Shown: positions 20,010 to 28,648, numbered from the stretch's first letter. The stretch: DNA of 57,318 bases from an uncultured Candidatus Saccharibacteria bacterium (GCA_964608145.1 CAZSMD010000001.1:1-57318); one strand, 5' to 3'. The notes: generated by a model not told the origin, from the sequence alone. Made by a program: numbers and translations.

Positions 20010-20520
20010 CGGAGGAATGCCTGGCAAGGAGGTGCCATGCATTGAGGTATGGAAACCAGAAATTTTCTCGGAGTACAACGTGAGGAATGTAGAAGCGGTG
20101 GGTCGCTTCGCCCTTACGAAATACATTCAAGAGTACTCCGGAAGGAACGATGAAGAGATTCGGCGGCAAAGACACCGCTTCCTGATACACGACAACGAAA
20201 TCTGATTCTTCGAGGGGGGTTCGACGAATCCCCGGCCGTGCATGCGGAGTACTGGCTCCTCTGGTGAACTTCGTGCTGGCCGGCTGAAGCAGGCGGCACC
20301 GGTAACCGTTGATGTCGACGGTTGTTTTGCGGTCTCCCCATTTACGATTGCCGACTAGATGGGGAACATTCCGGAGAAAAAACCCTTTGGAATGCGCCAT
20401 CTGCCGCAGAAGCGCAATGAGTTCTTCCTTGGAGAGCTTCTTTCGCGGCAGCGGCTGACTGCTTCTGCTCGGAGGCCTGACCGATCTTCGAGCTCCTTGA
20501 TTCCTTCGTGGATGAATCAT
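19990..20520 (-). CDS. hypothetical basic protein, possibly nuclease or homing-endonuclease related
   Basis: Arg-rich N-terminus; LSKEELIALLRQMAHSKGF resembles a homing-endonuclease-associated repeat; ESDFVVVYQEA...LFIVPSGVL looks like a beta-strand nuclease core. Weak, from memory. Confidence 0.4.
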   Translation of the reverse strand: MIHPRRNQGARRSVRPPSRSSQPLPRKKLSKEELIALLRQMAHSKGFFLRNVPHLVGNRKWGDRKTTVDINGYRCRLLQPASTKFTRGASTPHARPGIRRTPLEESDFVVVYQEAVSLPPNLFIVPSGVLLNVFRKGEATHRFYIPHVVLRENFWFPYLNAWHLLARHSSETSAAG

Positions 20521-20613
20521 GGATTCGTCCCTTCCCGAGTATGTGGTTTCCTGGTTGTTACGTTCCGGAAAAACTATATACTACAGAGATACAAGGGGCA
20601 ATAATTTTCGTAT

Positions 20614-22368
20614 ATGAGCAAGCAATCACCGGAACAGTTGGAGCACATGCGGCATACTCTGTCCCACCTCATGGCGGCGGCAGTTCTAGAAGTTCGTCCG
20701 GATGCGCTTCCGACGCTCGGTCCGGCGGTTGAAAACGGCTTCTACTATGACTTTGACTTCCCCACCCCCATCACAGATGAGAACCTGAAGGACATAGAGA
20801 AGCGGATGAAAAAACTGCTTCCGTCGTGGAAAGAATTTACGCATGAGGAAGTATCGCAGGAGGAAGCACTCAAGCGTTTCGCCGGAAACCCATACAAGGA
20901 AGAACTGATTCGTGAGATTGTCTCACGCGGCGAGAAAATCACGCTCTACACATGCGGTGAATTTACTGATTTGTGCCGCGGCGGACACACCGACCATCCC
21001 TCAAAAGACATCGGCCCCGACGCGTTCAAGCTTTCACATCTTGCAGGCGCGTACTGGCGCGGCGACGAAAAGAACAAGATGCTCACGCGCATCTACGGTT
21101 TTGCGTTTGCGACAAAGGAAGACCTCGACGCGTATGAAACACAAATCGAAGAAGCAAAGAAGCGCGACCACCGAAAGCTTGGCAAAGAACTCGACCTGTT
21201 CACCTTTTCCGACTACATCGGTTCAGGTCTCCCGCTCTACACGCCGCGCGGAGCACTCATCCGCCGCCTCTTGAACGAATACATCGAATCACTCCAAACC
21301 AAAGAGGGTTACGAGCAGGTATGGACCCCGCAAATGGCAAAAGCGTCGCTCTTTAAGCAATCGGGGCACTATGACAAATACAAGGATGACATGTTCCGCG
21401 TCATTTCGAACTACTCTGACGAAGAGTTCTTCCTGAAGCCGATGAACTGCCCGCAGCACACCCAAATTTACGCAAGCCGCAAGCGAAGCTACCGTGATTT
21501 GCCGCTCCGGTATACGGACTTCGCAATGTTGTACCGCGATGAACAGCCGGGACAGTTAAACGGTCTTGCACGCGTCCGCTCGTTCTCGCAGGATGACTGC
21601 CATATCTTCTGCCGCGAAGACCAGGTAGACGAAGAGATTGACCGCGCGCTTGCAATGACAAAAAAAGTCATGGCAACCTTTGGCCTCAAGTATAAATACC
21701 GTCTCTCCACCCGCGACCCGGAACACCCCGAAAAATATCTCGGCAATCCTGATACGTGGAATAAGGTAGAGAAGTGGGCCGAGAAAATCATGCAACGGAA
21801 TGAAATCGAGTCATTCCCCGGACCCGGCGAGGCGGCGTTTTATGCACCTAAGATGGATCTCATCGCAACTGATGCACTGGGCCGGGAATGGCAGCTCTCG
21901 ACTGTGCAGATTGACTACGTCATGCCCGAGCGTTTTGACCTCACCTACACCGACCAGGACGGCAAAGAAAAACACCCTGTCATGCTGCACCGCGCAATCA
22001 TCGGCTCGCCCGAGCGCTTCATTATGATTTTGCTTGAACATTTTGCAGGCGCACTCCCGACATGGCTCTCGCCGGTGCAAGTGAATGTGCTCCCCATTAG
22101 CGAGAAACATATGGAGTATGCGAATGAAGTAACGAACACGCTCAAAGAGGCGGGCATACGTGTTGAACTGAATGATTCAAACGAAACGCTTGGCAAAAAA
22201 ATCCGTGCGTGGAAAATGTCAAAAACTCCGTACGCAATCGTACTCGGCGACAACGAGGCAAAAGACAAAACACTTACGGTTGAACACCGAAACGGTACGA
22301 AAGAGGTTTTTGCGGTTTCCGCATTTGTAGAAAAGATTTCAAAAGAAATCGCTGATCGCGCGCTGTAA
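20614..22368 (+). CDS. thrS: threonyl-tRNA synthetase lacking the N-terminal TGS domain
   Basis: Starts at the editing domain (HMRHTLSHLMAAAV...CRGGH). Class II core follows (FLKPMNCPQH, RVRSFSQDDCHIF), then the anticodon-binding domain. Confidence 0.93.
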   Translation: MSKQSPEQLEHMRHTLSHLMAAAVLEVRPDALPTLGPAVENGFYYDFDFPTPITDENLKDIEKRMKKLLPSWKEFTHEEVSQEEALKRFAGNPYKEELIREIVSRGEKITLYTCGEFTDLCRGGHTDHPSKDIGPDAFKLSHLAGAYWRGDEKNKMLTRIYGFAFATKEDLDAYETQIEEAKKRDHRKLGKELDLFTFSDYIGSGLPLYTPRGALIRRLLNEYIESLQTKEGYEQVWTPQMAKASLFKQSGHYDKYKDDMFRVISNYSDEEFFLKPMNCPQHTQIYASRKRSYRDLPLRYTDFAMLYRDEQPGQLNGLARVRSFSQDDCHIFCREDQVDEEIDRALAMTKKVMATFGLKYKYRLSTRDPEHPEKYLGNPDTWNKVEKWAEKIMQRNEIESFPGPGEAAFYAPKMDLIATDALGREWQLSTVQIDYVMPERFDLTYTDQDGKEKHPVMLHRAIIGSPERFIMILLEHFAGALPTWLSPVQVNVLPISEKHMEYANEVTNTLKEAGIRVELNDSNETLGKKIRAWKMSKTPYAIVLGDNEAKDKTLTVEHRNGTKEVFAVSAFVEKISKEIADRAL

Positions 22369-22389
22369 AAATGTGATATACAAAGAAAA

Positions 22390-22434
22390 AATCCCCGCGG
22401 GGTTACGAGCGTGAGCCCGAACCCCGCGGGGATT
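22390..22434. terminator. 15-bp hairpin between convergent thrS and the secreted-protein gene
   Basis: AATCCCCGCGGGGTT / AACCCCGCGGGGATT with a 15-nt loop. A-tract upstream gives a U-tract on the minus strand. Confidence 0.6.
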
Positions 22435-22449
22435 GTCGTTCCGAATCTT

Positions 22450-23304
22450 CTACTGAGTCGGCCAGACGGGCATCATGCCCTTCCGTTCCGGAATCACGCG
22501 TCCGGGTGTGAAGAGCGACTCCGTCGTCACCTCATCAGTCCACCGCGACGTGTCCTCGGTCTCGAAGTCGTCCGAGAAGATGTTCGGACTCCAGAGGAGA
22601 ACCGTCGCCGTCCCGCTGTTCTCGTATCCGCCGACCGAGTACCCGCCCGAGATGATGATGTTCTCATCCCAGATGTAATCCGCGGTCTCGTCGAGTGCGG
22701 CTTGGTCGGGAGTTGTTCCTCCGGGCCAGTACGCATTCCCGACACCGACATAGAAGAGTGCATCGAGTGCCGTCGTATCGGGCTCACCAGAATCGTAGAT
22801 GGTGTCATCCCCGCCACCGAGTACCCGATCATCGCCGTAATCGACGCCAACCCGAGACGTACCGTTGAGGGAGGTCCCGGAGAGATCGCCGATGTAGTTA
22901 AGTTCGCCATCCGAACTCAGGATAGAAAACTGCACGTCAGCGAGCGTGAAGCGCTCGACTCCATCGCCAAGGGCGACGAGAGCGAAATGCAGGCGGTTGC
23001 CGTACTCGCCGGCAAACGGCGCCAGCGGTTCTGCAATGCCGCGCCACGAGCTGAAACTCGTGACCATGACATCACCGGGCGTGAAGCGCACAATCTTCTC
23101 GTACGCAGTCGGATCCGTGGTGCGATCGCCGACCGACAGAAGACCGTTCTGGAGCGCTTGCATGACGTTCGCCATGTAGGCACCCCAGCTTGGCGACCCA
23201 AAACCGTTGGGGGCGGAGTGCGCATGGACAGCCACGGTGATTTCGGCAGAGCCGGACGCCGGGAGAGCCAGCAGGATCAAGAAAAACACCAAGAGACTCT
23301 TCAT
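22450..23304 (-). CDS. hypothetical secreted protein (284 aa)
   Basis: AGGAGA RBS, signal peptide MKSLLVFFLILLALPASGSA, acidic Gly/Asp-rich body, C-terminal FSDDFETEDTSRW motif. Confidence 0.7.
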   Translation of the reverse strand: MKSLLVFFLILLALPASGSAEITVAVHAHSAPNGFGSPSWGAYMANVMQALQNGLLSVGDRTTDPTAYEKIVRFTPGDVMVTSFSSWRGIAEPLAPFAGEYGNRLHFALVALGDGVERFTLADVQFSILSSDGELNYIGDLSGTSLNGTSRVGVDYGDDRVLGGGDDTIYDSGEPDTTALDALFYVGVGNAYWPGGTTPDQAALDETADYIWDENIIISGGYSVGGYENSGTATVLLWSPNIFSDDFETEDTSRWTDEVTTESLFTPGRVIPERKGMMPVWPTQ

Positions 23305-23386
23305 ACCTGATTCTCCTATGGGTACTGCAGTGAACAAAAAAGAGGCACAGCGCCTCATTCAACTGAAACTACTCTACACTGTTATT

Positions 23387-23818
23387 CTAGTTTTGTCGAG
23401 CCCCCCCTTGGTTTCGTTCTCCCGAGCCGAATTCCTCGTTTTCCCGCTTCCCCACCGCCTCCTCGTCGAGGCCAAAGTGGTGGCCGATTTCGTGCCACAG
23501 CGTCTCGTATATGACGTCAGGAAGGGCTTTCCCGGTCTCCTGCGCGTGTTCTTCAATAGGAAGCTTGTACAGCGTAACGGTGTCCGGAAACGTAAAACCC
23601 GCATCATTATTGCGCTCCGTCAGCGGAACACCGGTGTAGAGCCCCAGAAGGTCTTTGTCTGAAGTGAGCCCAAGCTCCCGGCAAGTCTTCTTACTCACGA
23701 CATCTTCAACAAGAATCGCGACATTCTTTACGAGCACACGAAACTTCTCCGGCAGCCGCCCGAACGCTTCGTCCGCCATCGCTTCAAATTTTTCTCGGGA
23801 AACTTTTTCTGGATTCAT
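23387..23818 (-). CDS. zincin-like metallopeptidase family protein
   Basis: C-terminal YETLWHEIGHHFGLDEE contains the HExxH motif. Small (143 aa). Confidence 0.75.
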   Translation of the reverse strand: MNPEKVSREKFEAMADEAFGRLPEKFRVLVKNVAILVEDVVSKKTCRELGLTSDKDLLGLYTGVPLTERNNDAGFTFPDTVTLYKLPIEEHAQETGKALPDVIYETLWHEIGHHFGLDEEAVGKRENEEFGSGERNQGGARQN

Positions 23819-23947
23819 ACAGCGCCAAGTATAGCACCGATAAAAAATTGACTTTTACAATAAATTTTGTAAAATCTTTGATAGTTGCTGTTCTCTTGGA
23901 ACCATTTCGGTTCCGTGTTCCCTCCGAAAAGGAGAAAGGAGTTATCT

Positions 23948-24271
23948 GTGAGAAGTCTTCTGCTGGGGTGCGTCGTGACGATAGCGCTCATCCTCGTGCT
24001 CAATGCGATGGGTGTCTGGAGCGGTCCGACGCCGATCTCCGATCAGGAACGCATCACTCAGGCGATTTCTGAGGTGGATGAACTGCTGTCTGAGTGGCAG
24101 CGGCTCGAGAGCGACGTCGCGCTTCTCGCAGCTGACGGCGGGAACAGCGGCGCCATCGGTGCCAAACAGGCCCGCCAGGACAAGATTGTCGGTAAGATGC
24201 GTTCGATTGCAGTCACCCTGCCGCCCGCACAGGTGCCGGAAAAGATTCAAGAGTTCCTCCGCGCGCACTGA
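23948..24271 (+). CDS. hypothetical membrane-anchored protein (107 aa)
   Basis: GGAGAAAGGAG RBS, GTG start, TM helix LLLGCVVTIALILVLNAMGVW, helical C-terminal part. Confidence 0.5.
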   Translation: MRSLLLGCVVTIALILVLNAMGVWSGPTPISDQERITQAISEVDELLSEWQRLESDVALLAADGGNSGAIGAKQARQDKIVGKMRSIAVTLPPAQVPEKIQEFLRAH

Positions 24272-24325
24272 CTCCGCGCCCGCAGGACCACACAAAGACC
24301 TCGCATCCGTTGCGAGGCCTTCTTT

Positions 24326-24892
24326 TTATTTTTTGCGCCGAAAACAATCGACCGTGTGGTCGTTTACCATGCCAACCGCCTGCATATGGGCATAGAGAAC
24401 CGTGGGACCGAGAAACTTGAATCCCCTCTTTTTCATATCTTTTGCCATCGCTTCCGCTTCGGGTACGACAACGGGATACTCGGATATTTTTTTAAGTGTG
24501 TGCACAATCGGTTTTCCTTTCACAAAGGACCACTGGTAGCGCGCGAATGTGCCAAATTCCTTCTGTACGGCAAGAAATTGTTTTGCGTTTTCAATCGCCG
24601 CGTTAATTTTCTGCCGGTTGCGGATGATGCCCGCATCTTTGAGCAGCTTTCCAACTTCACGGTTTTTGAATCGCGCAACGCGTACGGGGTTAAAGTTCGC
24701 AAATGCTTTTCTGAAATTGTCCCGCTTGTGGAGCACGGTCCGCCACGAAAGCCCCGCCTGAAACGCCTCAAGAATGAGGAACTCAAAAAGAATACGGTCA
24801 TTGTGCACGGGCACGCCCCATTCCGTGTCATGGTACGCAACGTAGAGCGGGTCTTCCTCGGGCACCCACGGGCAACGTTTTTTATTTTTCAT
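24326..24892 (-). CDS. tag: DNA-3-methyladenine glycosylase I
   Basis: CPWVPEEDPLYVAYHDTEWGVPVHNDRILFEFLILEAFQAGLSWRTVL. Confidence 0.92.
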   Translation of the reverse strand: MKNKKRCPWVPEEDPLYVAYHDTEWGVPVHNDRILFEFLILEAFQAGLSWRTVLHKRDNFRKAFANFNPVRVARFKNREVGKLLKDAGIIRNRQKINAAIENAKQFLAVQKEFGTFARYQWSFVKGKPIVHTLKKISEYPVVVPEAEAMAKDMKKRGFKFLGPTVLYAHMQAVGMVNDHTVDCFRRKK

Positions 24893-24914
24893 ACCACAGT
24901 ATAGCGTACGAAAA

Positions 24915-24941
24915 GCGCGCCCCGCATGAAGCGGGGCGCGC
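24915..24941. terminator. 11-bp GC hairpin downstream of typA
   Basis: GCGCGCCCCGC ATGAA GCGGGGCGCGC with a flanking A-tract and T-rich tail. Confidence 0.6.
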
Positions 24942-24949
24942 GTATCTCT

Positions 24950-26740
24950 TTATTCTGCTGTCCGGCGCACCTTTGCGCGTTCAAGTTCAGTCAAATACTG
25001 CTTCCGCAAACGGACTGACTTCGGAGTAATTTCAAGATATTCGTCGTCGGCCATAATTTCCAAACCGCGCTCGATTGAAAGCGTAAACGGAGGCACAAGC
25101 ATGATCGCTTCGTCAGAGCCCGATGCCCGCATGTTCGTGAGCTGTTTCCCCTTGGTCGGATTAACCGGCATTTCTTCACCCTTTGATGTGTTGCCGATGA
25201 CCATGCCTTCGTACACTTCCGTAGCCGGACCAACATACAGCACGCCGCGGTCCTGAAGATTCCAGAGCGAGTACCCAAGTGTCTTTCCCGAAACCATGGA
25301 GATCATAGAGCCTGTCGGCCGTTTGACAATCTCTCCCGCAAAATGACGGAAGCCGACAACGCGTGACGACAAAATCCCTTCTCCTTTTGTATCAATGATG
25401 AATTGGTTGCGGTATCCGAGAAGCCCGCGGGTCGGACCCTCAAAAATAAGGCGGACAACGTCGCCGTGTGTGCGCATATCATGAAGCACAAATCCTCGCA
25501 TGCCGAGGCGTTCAATGATAGACCCCTGGTATGTAACCGGCGTATCGACGACCACTTCTTCAAACGGCTCTACTTTGACGCCGTTCTCTTCGCGCGTAAT
25601 AACGTGCGGCTGTGACACCTGCAGTTCGTACCCCTCACGGCTCATGTTTTCGAGCAAAATCGCAATATGCAGTTCTCCGCGTCCTGACACGACAAAACTG
25701 TCTGACGCATTAAAATCCACACGAAGACCGACGTTTACTTCAAGTTCGCGTTCCAATCGTTCCCGGATTTGCCGCGTCGTGACAAACTTCCCCTCGCGCC
25801 CCGTAAACGGCGAGTTGTTGACCAAAAAATTAAGCGTAATCGTCGGTTCGTCAACAGCAATTGCCGGCAACGGTGCAATATCCGCATCCGTCGTTACGGT
25901 TTCGCCGATATCAATGTCAGGAAGACCTGCAATCATGACGATATCGCCCGCCTGCGCTTCTGCAGAGTCGACTCGTTCAAGCCCGTTGAATGTAAAGAGT
26001 TTTGTAATTTTGCCTTGACGTGTTTCGCCGGTCGCTTTTTTTACAAACACGTTTTGGTTGGCAAGCACTTTGCCTTCATACACACGCGCAACCGCGAGGC
26101 GTCCGAGAAAGTTATCGTATGCCAGGTTGAACGGCTGGAGACGAAGCGTCTTCTCTTCCTCGCCTTTTCCCGCAGACGGAACATGCTCAAGGATTGTATC
26201 GAGAAGCGGCGTCAAGTCGTCCGACTCGTCGGTCAGCTTCTTTTTTGCCGTACCTGTGCGGCCGATGGCATACACAATCGGGAAACTTGCCTGCTCATCG
26301 TTGGCACCAAGCTCCAAGAAAAGTTCAAGCACCTGCTCCTCGGCATGCGCCGGATTTGCAGCCGGTTTATCAATTTTATTGATGACAACAATCGGGTGCA
26401 GTCCGAGTTCAAGTGATTTTTTGAGCACAAAGCGTGTCTGCGGCATCGGACCTTCCTGGGCATCAACAACCAAAAGCACCGAATCAACCGAGCGGAGCAC
26501 GCGCTCCACTTCCGAACCGAAGTCGGCATGTCCGGGCGTATCAACGATGTTGATCTTCGTATCCCGGTACATAACCGAGGCGTTTTTCGCATAAATCGTA
26601 ATACCGCGCTCTTTTTCAAGCGTGTTCGAGTCCATGGAGACGCCCTCAGCGACGGCACCGCACTGGCGGAGCATCGCATCGGTCAAAGTCGTCTTGCCGT
26701 GGTCGACGTGGGCAATAATGGCGATATTTCTGATTTCCAT
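24950..26740 (-). CDS. typA: translational GTPase TypA/BipA
   Basis: MEIRNIAIIAHVDHGKTTLTDAML...DTPGHADFG...NKIDKP. Start trimmed to M20. Confidence 0.95.
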   Translation of the reverse strand: MEIRNIAIIAHVDHGKTTLTDAMLRQCGAVAEGVSMDSNTLEKERGITIYAKNASVMYRDTKINIVDTPGHADFGSEVERVLRSVDSVLLVVDAQEGPMPQTRFVLKKSLELGLHPIVVINKIDKPAANPAHAEEQVLELFLELGANDEQASFPIVYAIGRTGTAKKKLTDESDDLTPLLDTILEHVPSAGKGEEEKTLRLQPFNLAYDNFLGRLAVARVYEGKVLANQNVFVKKATGETRQGKITKLFTFNGLERVDSAEAQAGDIVMIAGLPDIDIGETVTTDADIAPLPAIAVDEPTITLNFLVNNSPFTGREGKFVTTRQIRERLERELEVNVGLRVDFNASDSFVVSGRGELHIAILLENMSREGYELQVSQPHVITREENGVKVEPFEEVVVDTPVTYQGSIIERLGMRGFVLHDMRTHGDVVRLIFEGPTRGLLGYRNQFIIDTKGEGILSSRVVGFRHFAGEIVKRPTGSMISMVSGKTLGYSLWNLQDRGVLYVGPATEVYEGMVIGNTSKGEEMPVNPTKGKQLTNMRASGSDEAIMLVPPFTLSIERGLEIMADDEYLEITPKSVRLRKQYLTELERAKVRRTAE

Positions 26741-26797
26741 AAAAAATTCGCCTCGGAGGCGTGTATCCATAATACAACAAAAATGCTTCGCGGGCAA

Positions 26798-27127
26798 TCA
26801 AAACTCAAAAAGCACATCGGGAAAGTTCTTGATTCGGCCGCGGTCATCAACTTCAATCCCCTCTTCTTTGTAGAGTTTCATGCGCTTTGCGCGGTATGCT
26901 TCGGTAACCCAAATGCGTCCGTCGGCATACACAATCCGGTGAAACGGTATCGGAGCACCCTCATCAGCAGCTCGGGACAAAATTGATGTAATACTTTGTG
27001 CCGCCATGCCGCCGCCGCCCGCCGCGCGAGCGATTCTCCCGTACGTTGTTACACGGCCGCGCGGAATCTTTCGTGCTGCCCGCACCACGCGCTCGCTGAA
27101 TGTCGGTCCGACGGATTTCTTTTTCAT
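26798..27127 (-). CDS. alkyltransferase-like (ATL) protein: MGMT DNA-binding fold without the acceptor Cys
   Basis: RIPRGRVTTYGRIA...PIPFHRIV. The canonical PCHRV has Phe in place of Cys. Confidence 0.75.
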   Translation of the reverse strand: MKKKSVGPTFSERVVRAARKIPRGRVTTYGRIARAAGGGGMAAQSITSILSRAADEGAPIPFHRIVYADGRIWVTEAYRAKRMKLYKEEGIEVDDRGRIKNFPDVLFEF

Positions 27128-27174
27128 ATTTTTTCCATTCTACCATTTACACGGTATCCCGATATACTTGAAGT

Positions 27175-27801
27175 ATGAAACGATTTCCGGCATACGATGT
27201 ACCTGAGTTTGATGTGTTCAAAAAACTCGACACTCCCGCAAAGGTGCAGGATTTCCTTGAAACCTTCCCCATAAATTTTGAAGCGCACGGAAGCACCTGC
27301 CACTCGCCGCTCTATGTCCTCCGTCATAAAAAAGCGCAGTGTCTTGAGGGTGCACTGCTTGCCGCCGCAATTTTCTGGTACCACGGCGAGCGCCCGCTTT
27401 TGCTTGACCTTGAGACAACCGACGATGACGATGACCACGTCGTCGCCCTGTTTAAGCAGGACGGCTGTTGGGGCGCCGTAAGCAAAACAAACCATGCTGT
27501 TTTGCGTTATCGAGACCCTGTATTTAAAACCATTCGGGAACTCGTGCTGTCATATTTCAGTGAATATTTTCTTGACGACGGCAGAAAGACGCTCCGCCGG
27601 TATTCAGAACCATTTGACATGCTTCAGTTTGAAGATGCCTGGCTGACATCGCGCCGGCACATGTGGAACATTGAGGACGAAATCATCAAATCTCCGCACA
27701 AAAAAATCCTCACGCCGCGGCAGATTCGCAGACTGCGTCCCGCCGATCCGATTGAGAGCGCCGCAGGAAAACTTGTCGCGTGGAAGAAGAAAGAAAAATA
27801 G
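27175..27801 (+). CDS. transglutaminase-like cysteine-protease-fold protein
   Basis: Candidate Cys-His-Asp triad context: KAQCLEGALLAAA, DDHVVALF, WGAVSKTNH. Confidence 0.6.
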   Translation: MKRFPAYDVPEFDVFKKLDTPAKVQDFLETFPINFEAHGSTCHSPLYVLRHKKAQCLEGALLAAAIFWYHGERPLLLDLETTDDDDDHVVALFKQDGCWGAVSKTNHAVLRYRDPVFKTIRELVLSYFSEYFLDDGRKTLRRYSEPFDMLQFEDAWLTSRRHMWNIEDEIIKSPHKKILTPRQIRRLRPADPIESAAGKLVAWKKKEK

Positions 27802-27806
27802 TGCTG

Positions 27807-27881
27807 TGACCTCATCGGGATTTGAACCCGAGTTTGCGCCGTGAGAGGGCGCCGTCCTGGACCAGGCTAGACGATGAGGCC
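27807..27881 (-). tRNA. tRNA-Glu (anticodon CUC), no encoded CCA
   Basis: Minus strand GGCCUCAUCGUCUAGCCUGGUCCAGGACGGCGCCCUCUCACGGCGCAAACUCGGGUUCAAAUCCCGAUGAGGUCA. 7-bp acceptor, anticodon stem GCGCC/GGCGC, loop CUCUCAC, T arm UCGGG-UUCAAAU-CCCGA. Confidence 0.93.
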
Positions 27882-27889
27882 AATTTTTT

Positions 27890-27997
27890 ACAGAACACCT
27901 AATCATTCTGCCTTGGTGCACTCTCACGGCACCGTGAGAGGGGTGAGACAGTGCGGGGCACTGTCGAACCACGGACCTTGGCGAACAATGAGGCCGT
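27890..27997 (-). ncRNA. tRNA-Glu-derived structured RNA (degenerate tandem tRNA copy or novel small RNA; outer arms also resemble 4.5S RNA), cotranscribed with tRNA-Glu
   Basis: ORF-free. Starts GGCCUCAU, the same as tRNA positions 1-8, 114 nt upstream of the tRNA. Shares the 11-mer CCCUCUCACGG with the tRNA anticodon arm. Perfect hairpins at 27947-27965 and 27921-27940. Own promoter. Confidence 0.55.
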
Positions 27998-28003
27998 GCG
28001 GTG

Positions 28004-28032
28004 ATAATACCAAAAAACTCCCATGTTTCCAA
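28004..28032 (-). promoter_or_regulatory. sigma70-type promoter TTGGAA-17-TATTAT driving the structured RNA plus tRNA-Glu
   Basis: Minus strand: TTGGAA (28027-28032), 17-nt spacer, TATTAT (28004-28009). The predicted start falls 0-2 nt before GGCCUCAU. Confidence 0.6.
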
Positions 28033-28125
28033 GGTTTTATGTATGTGTTAAAAAATATTTTGCACTTTTCCGTTTTTGGTGTACTTTATCGAACAGACAA
28101 CCAGCCCCCACAAGGAGGTGGCGCA

Positions 28126-28332
28126 ATGGGAGGACCCGAAAGAGTCGTGGCGCGCATCCAACAGTTGTGCGAAGCACTCTCGAACGACGTGGGGAAGACC
28201 AGCATGGAGTACGCTGTGCTCAGGGTCTGGGCCGTGTTCGACCCGCGTTTTACGTTCGCGGGAGTGAACTGCAAGGAGGTCATCCGGGACTATTTCCACC
28301 CCGACCAGGAGTCCCTTCCCGGGCTCTCTTGA
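28126..28332 (+). CDS. hypothetical small protein P1 (68 aa)
   Basis: AAGGAGG 7 nt upstream of ATG: MGGPERVVARIQQLCEALSNDVGKTSMEYAVLRVWAVFDPRF... Followed by its own terminator. This is an internal start within track ORF 27874-28332. Confidence 0.6.
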   Translation: MGGPERVVARIQQLCEALSNDVGKTSMEYAVLRVWAVFDPRFTFAGVNCKEVIRDYFHPDQESLPGLS

Positions 28333-28352
28333 GCAAGCACTCGTTGTACAGA

Positions 28353-28378
28353 GGCGGCCGCACGGCCGCCTTTTCTCT
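28353..28378 (+). terminator. intrinsic terminator after P1
   Basis: GGCGGCCG CA CGGCCGCC followed by TTTTCTCTT. Confidence 0.7.
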
Positions 28379-28432
28379 TATTGACTTTATACCGCAAAAG
28401 AACAGAATCAAGAGCAGAGAAAGGGGGTCTTT

Positions 28433-28648
28433 ATGGAAATGAAGTTTCCACCGGGAACCTGGGTCGGAGACACCATCGGATACCTCGGCGTCAACGGCGG
28501 TATCGTCGTCTCTGCCCGCACATCAAGCTGGCCTGGGTTTGACGGCGGCAGACCGTATTACCTCTACACCGTCCGTCTTAAGGACGGCAGCACCCGCGAC
28601 GAGGCCGAGTGTTATCTCTTTTCCTTTGAGAAAGAGAAGTCTGCGTGA
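28433..28648 (+). CDS. hypothetical small soluble protein P2 (71 aa)
   Basis: AAAGGGGG RBS. MEMKFPPGTWVGDTIGYLGVNGGIVVSARTSSWPGFDGGRPYYLYTVRLKDGSTRDEAECYLFSFEKEKSA is beta-rich (SH3-like guess). Confidence 0.6.
   Translation: MEMKFPPGTWVGDTIGYLGVNGGIVVSARTSSWPGFDGGRPYYLYTVRLKDGSTRDEAECYLFSFEKEKSA

Noticed and set aside
27890-27997. Calling the RNA upstream of tRNA-Glu a canonical SRP (4.5S) RNA.
   Set aside because: The outer helix strands resemble E. coli 4.5S. However, the universally conserved apex (GGUCC-GNRA-GGAAGCA) is absent and is replaced by two hairpins. The element also shares an 8-mer and an 11-mer with the adjacent tRNA-Glu. I kept it as an unclassified structured RNA with the SRP resemblance noted.
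27604-28442. Track ORFs 27604-28032 (-), 27874-28332 (+) and 28023-28442 (+) covering the tRNA-Glu / structured RNA region.
   Set aside because: They run through a tRNA gene, perfect hairpins and promoter sequence and have junk-like composition. Only the 3' part of 27874-28332, from the ATG at 28126 with its AAGGAGG RBS, looks coding. I call that part P1.
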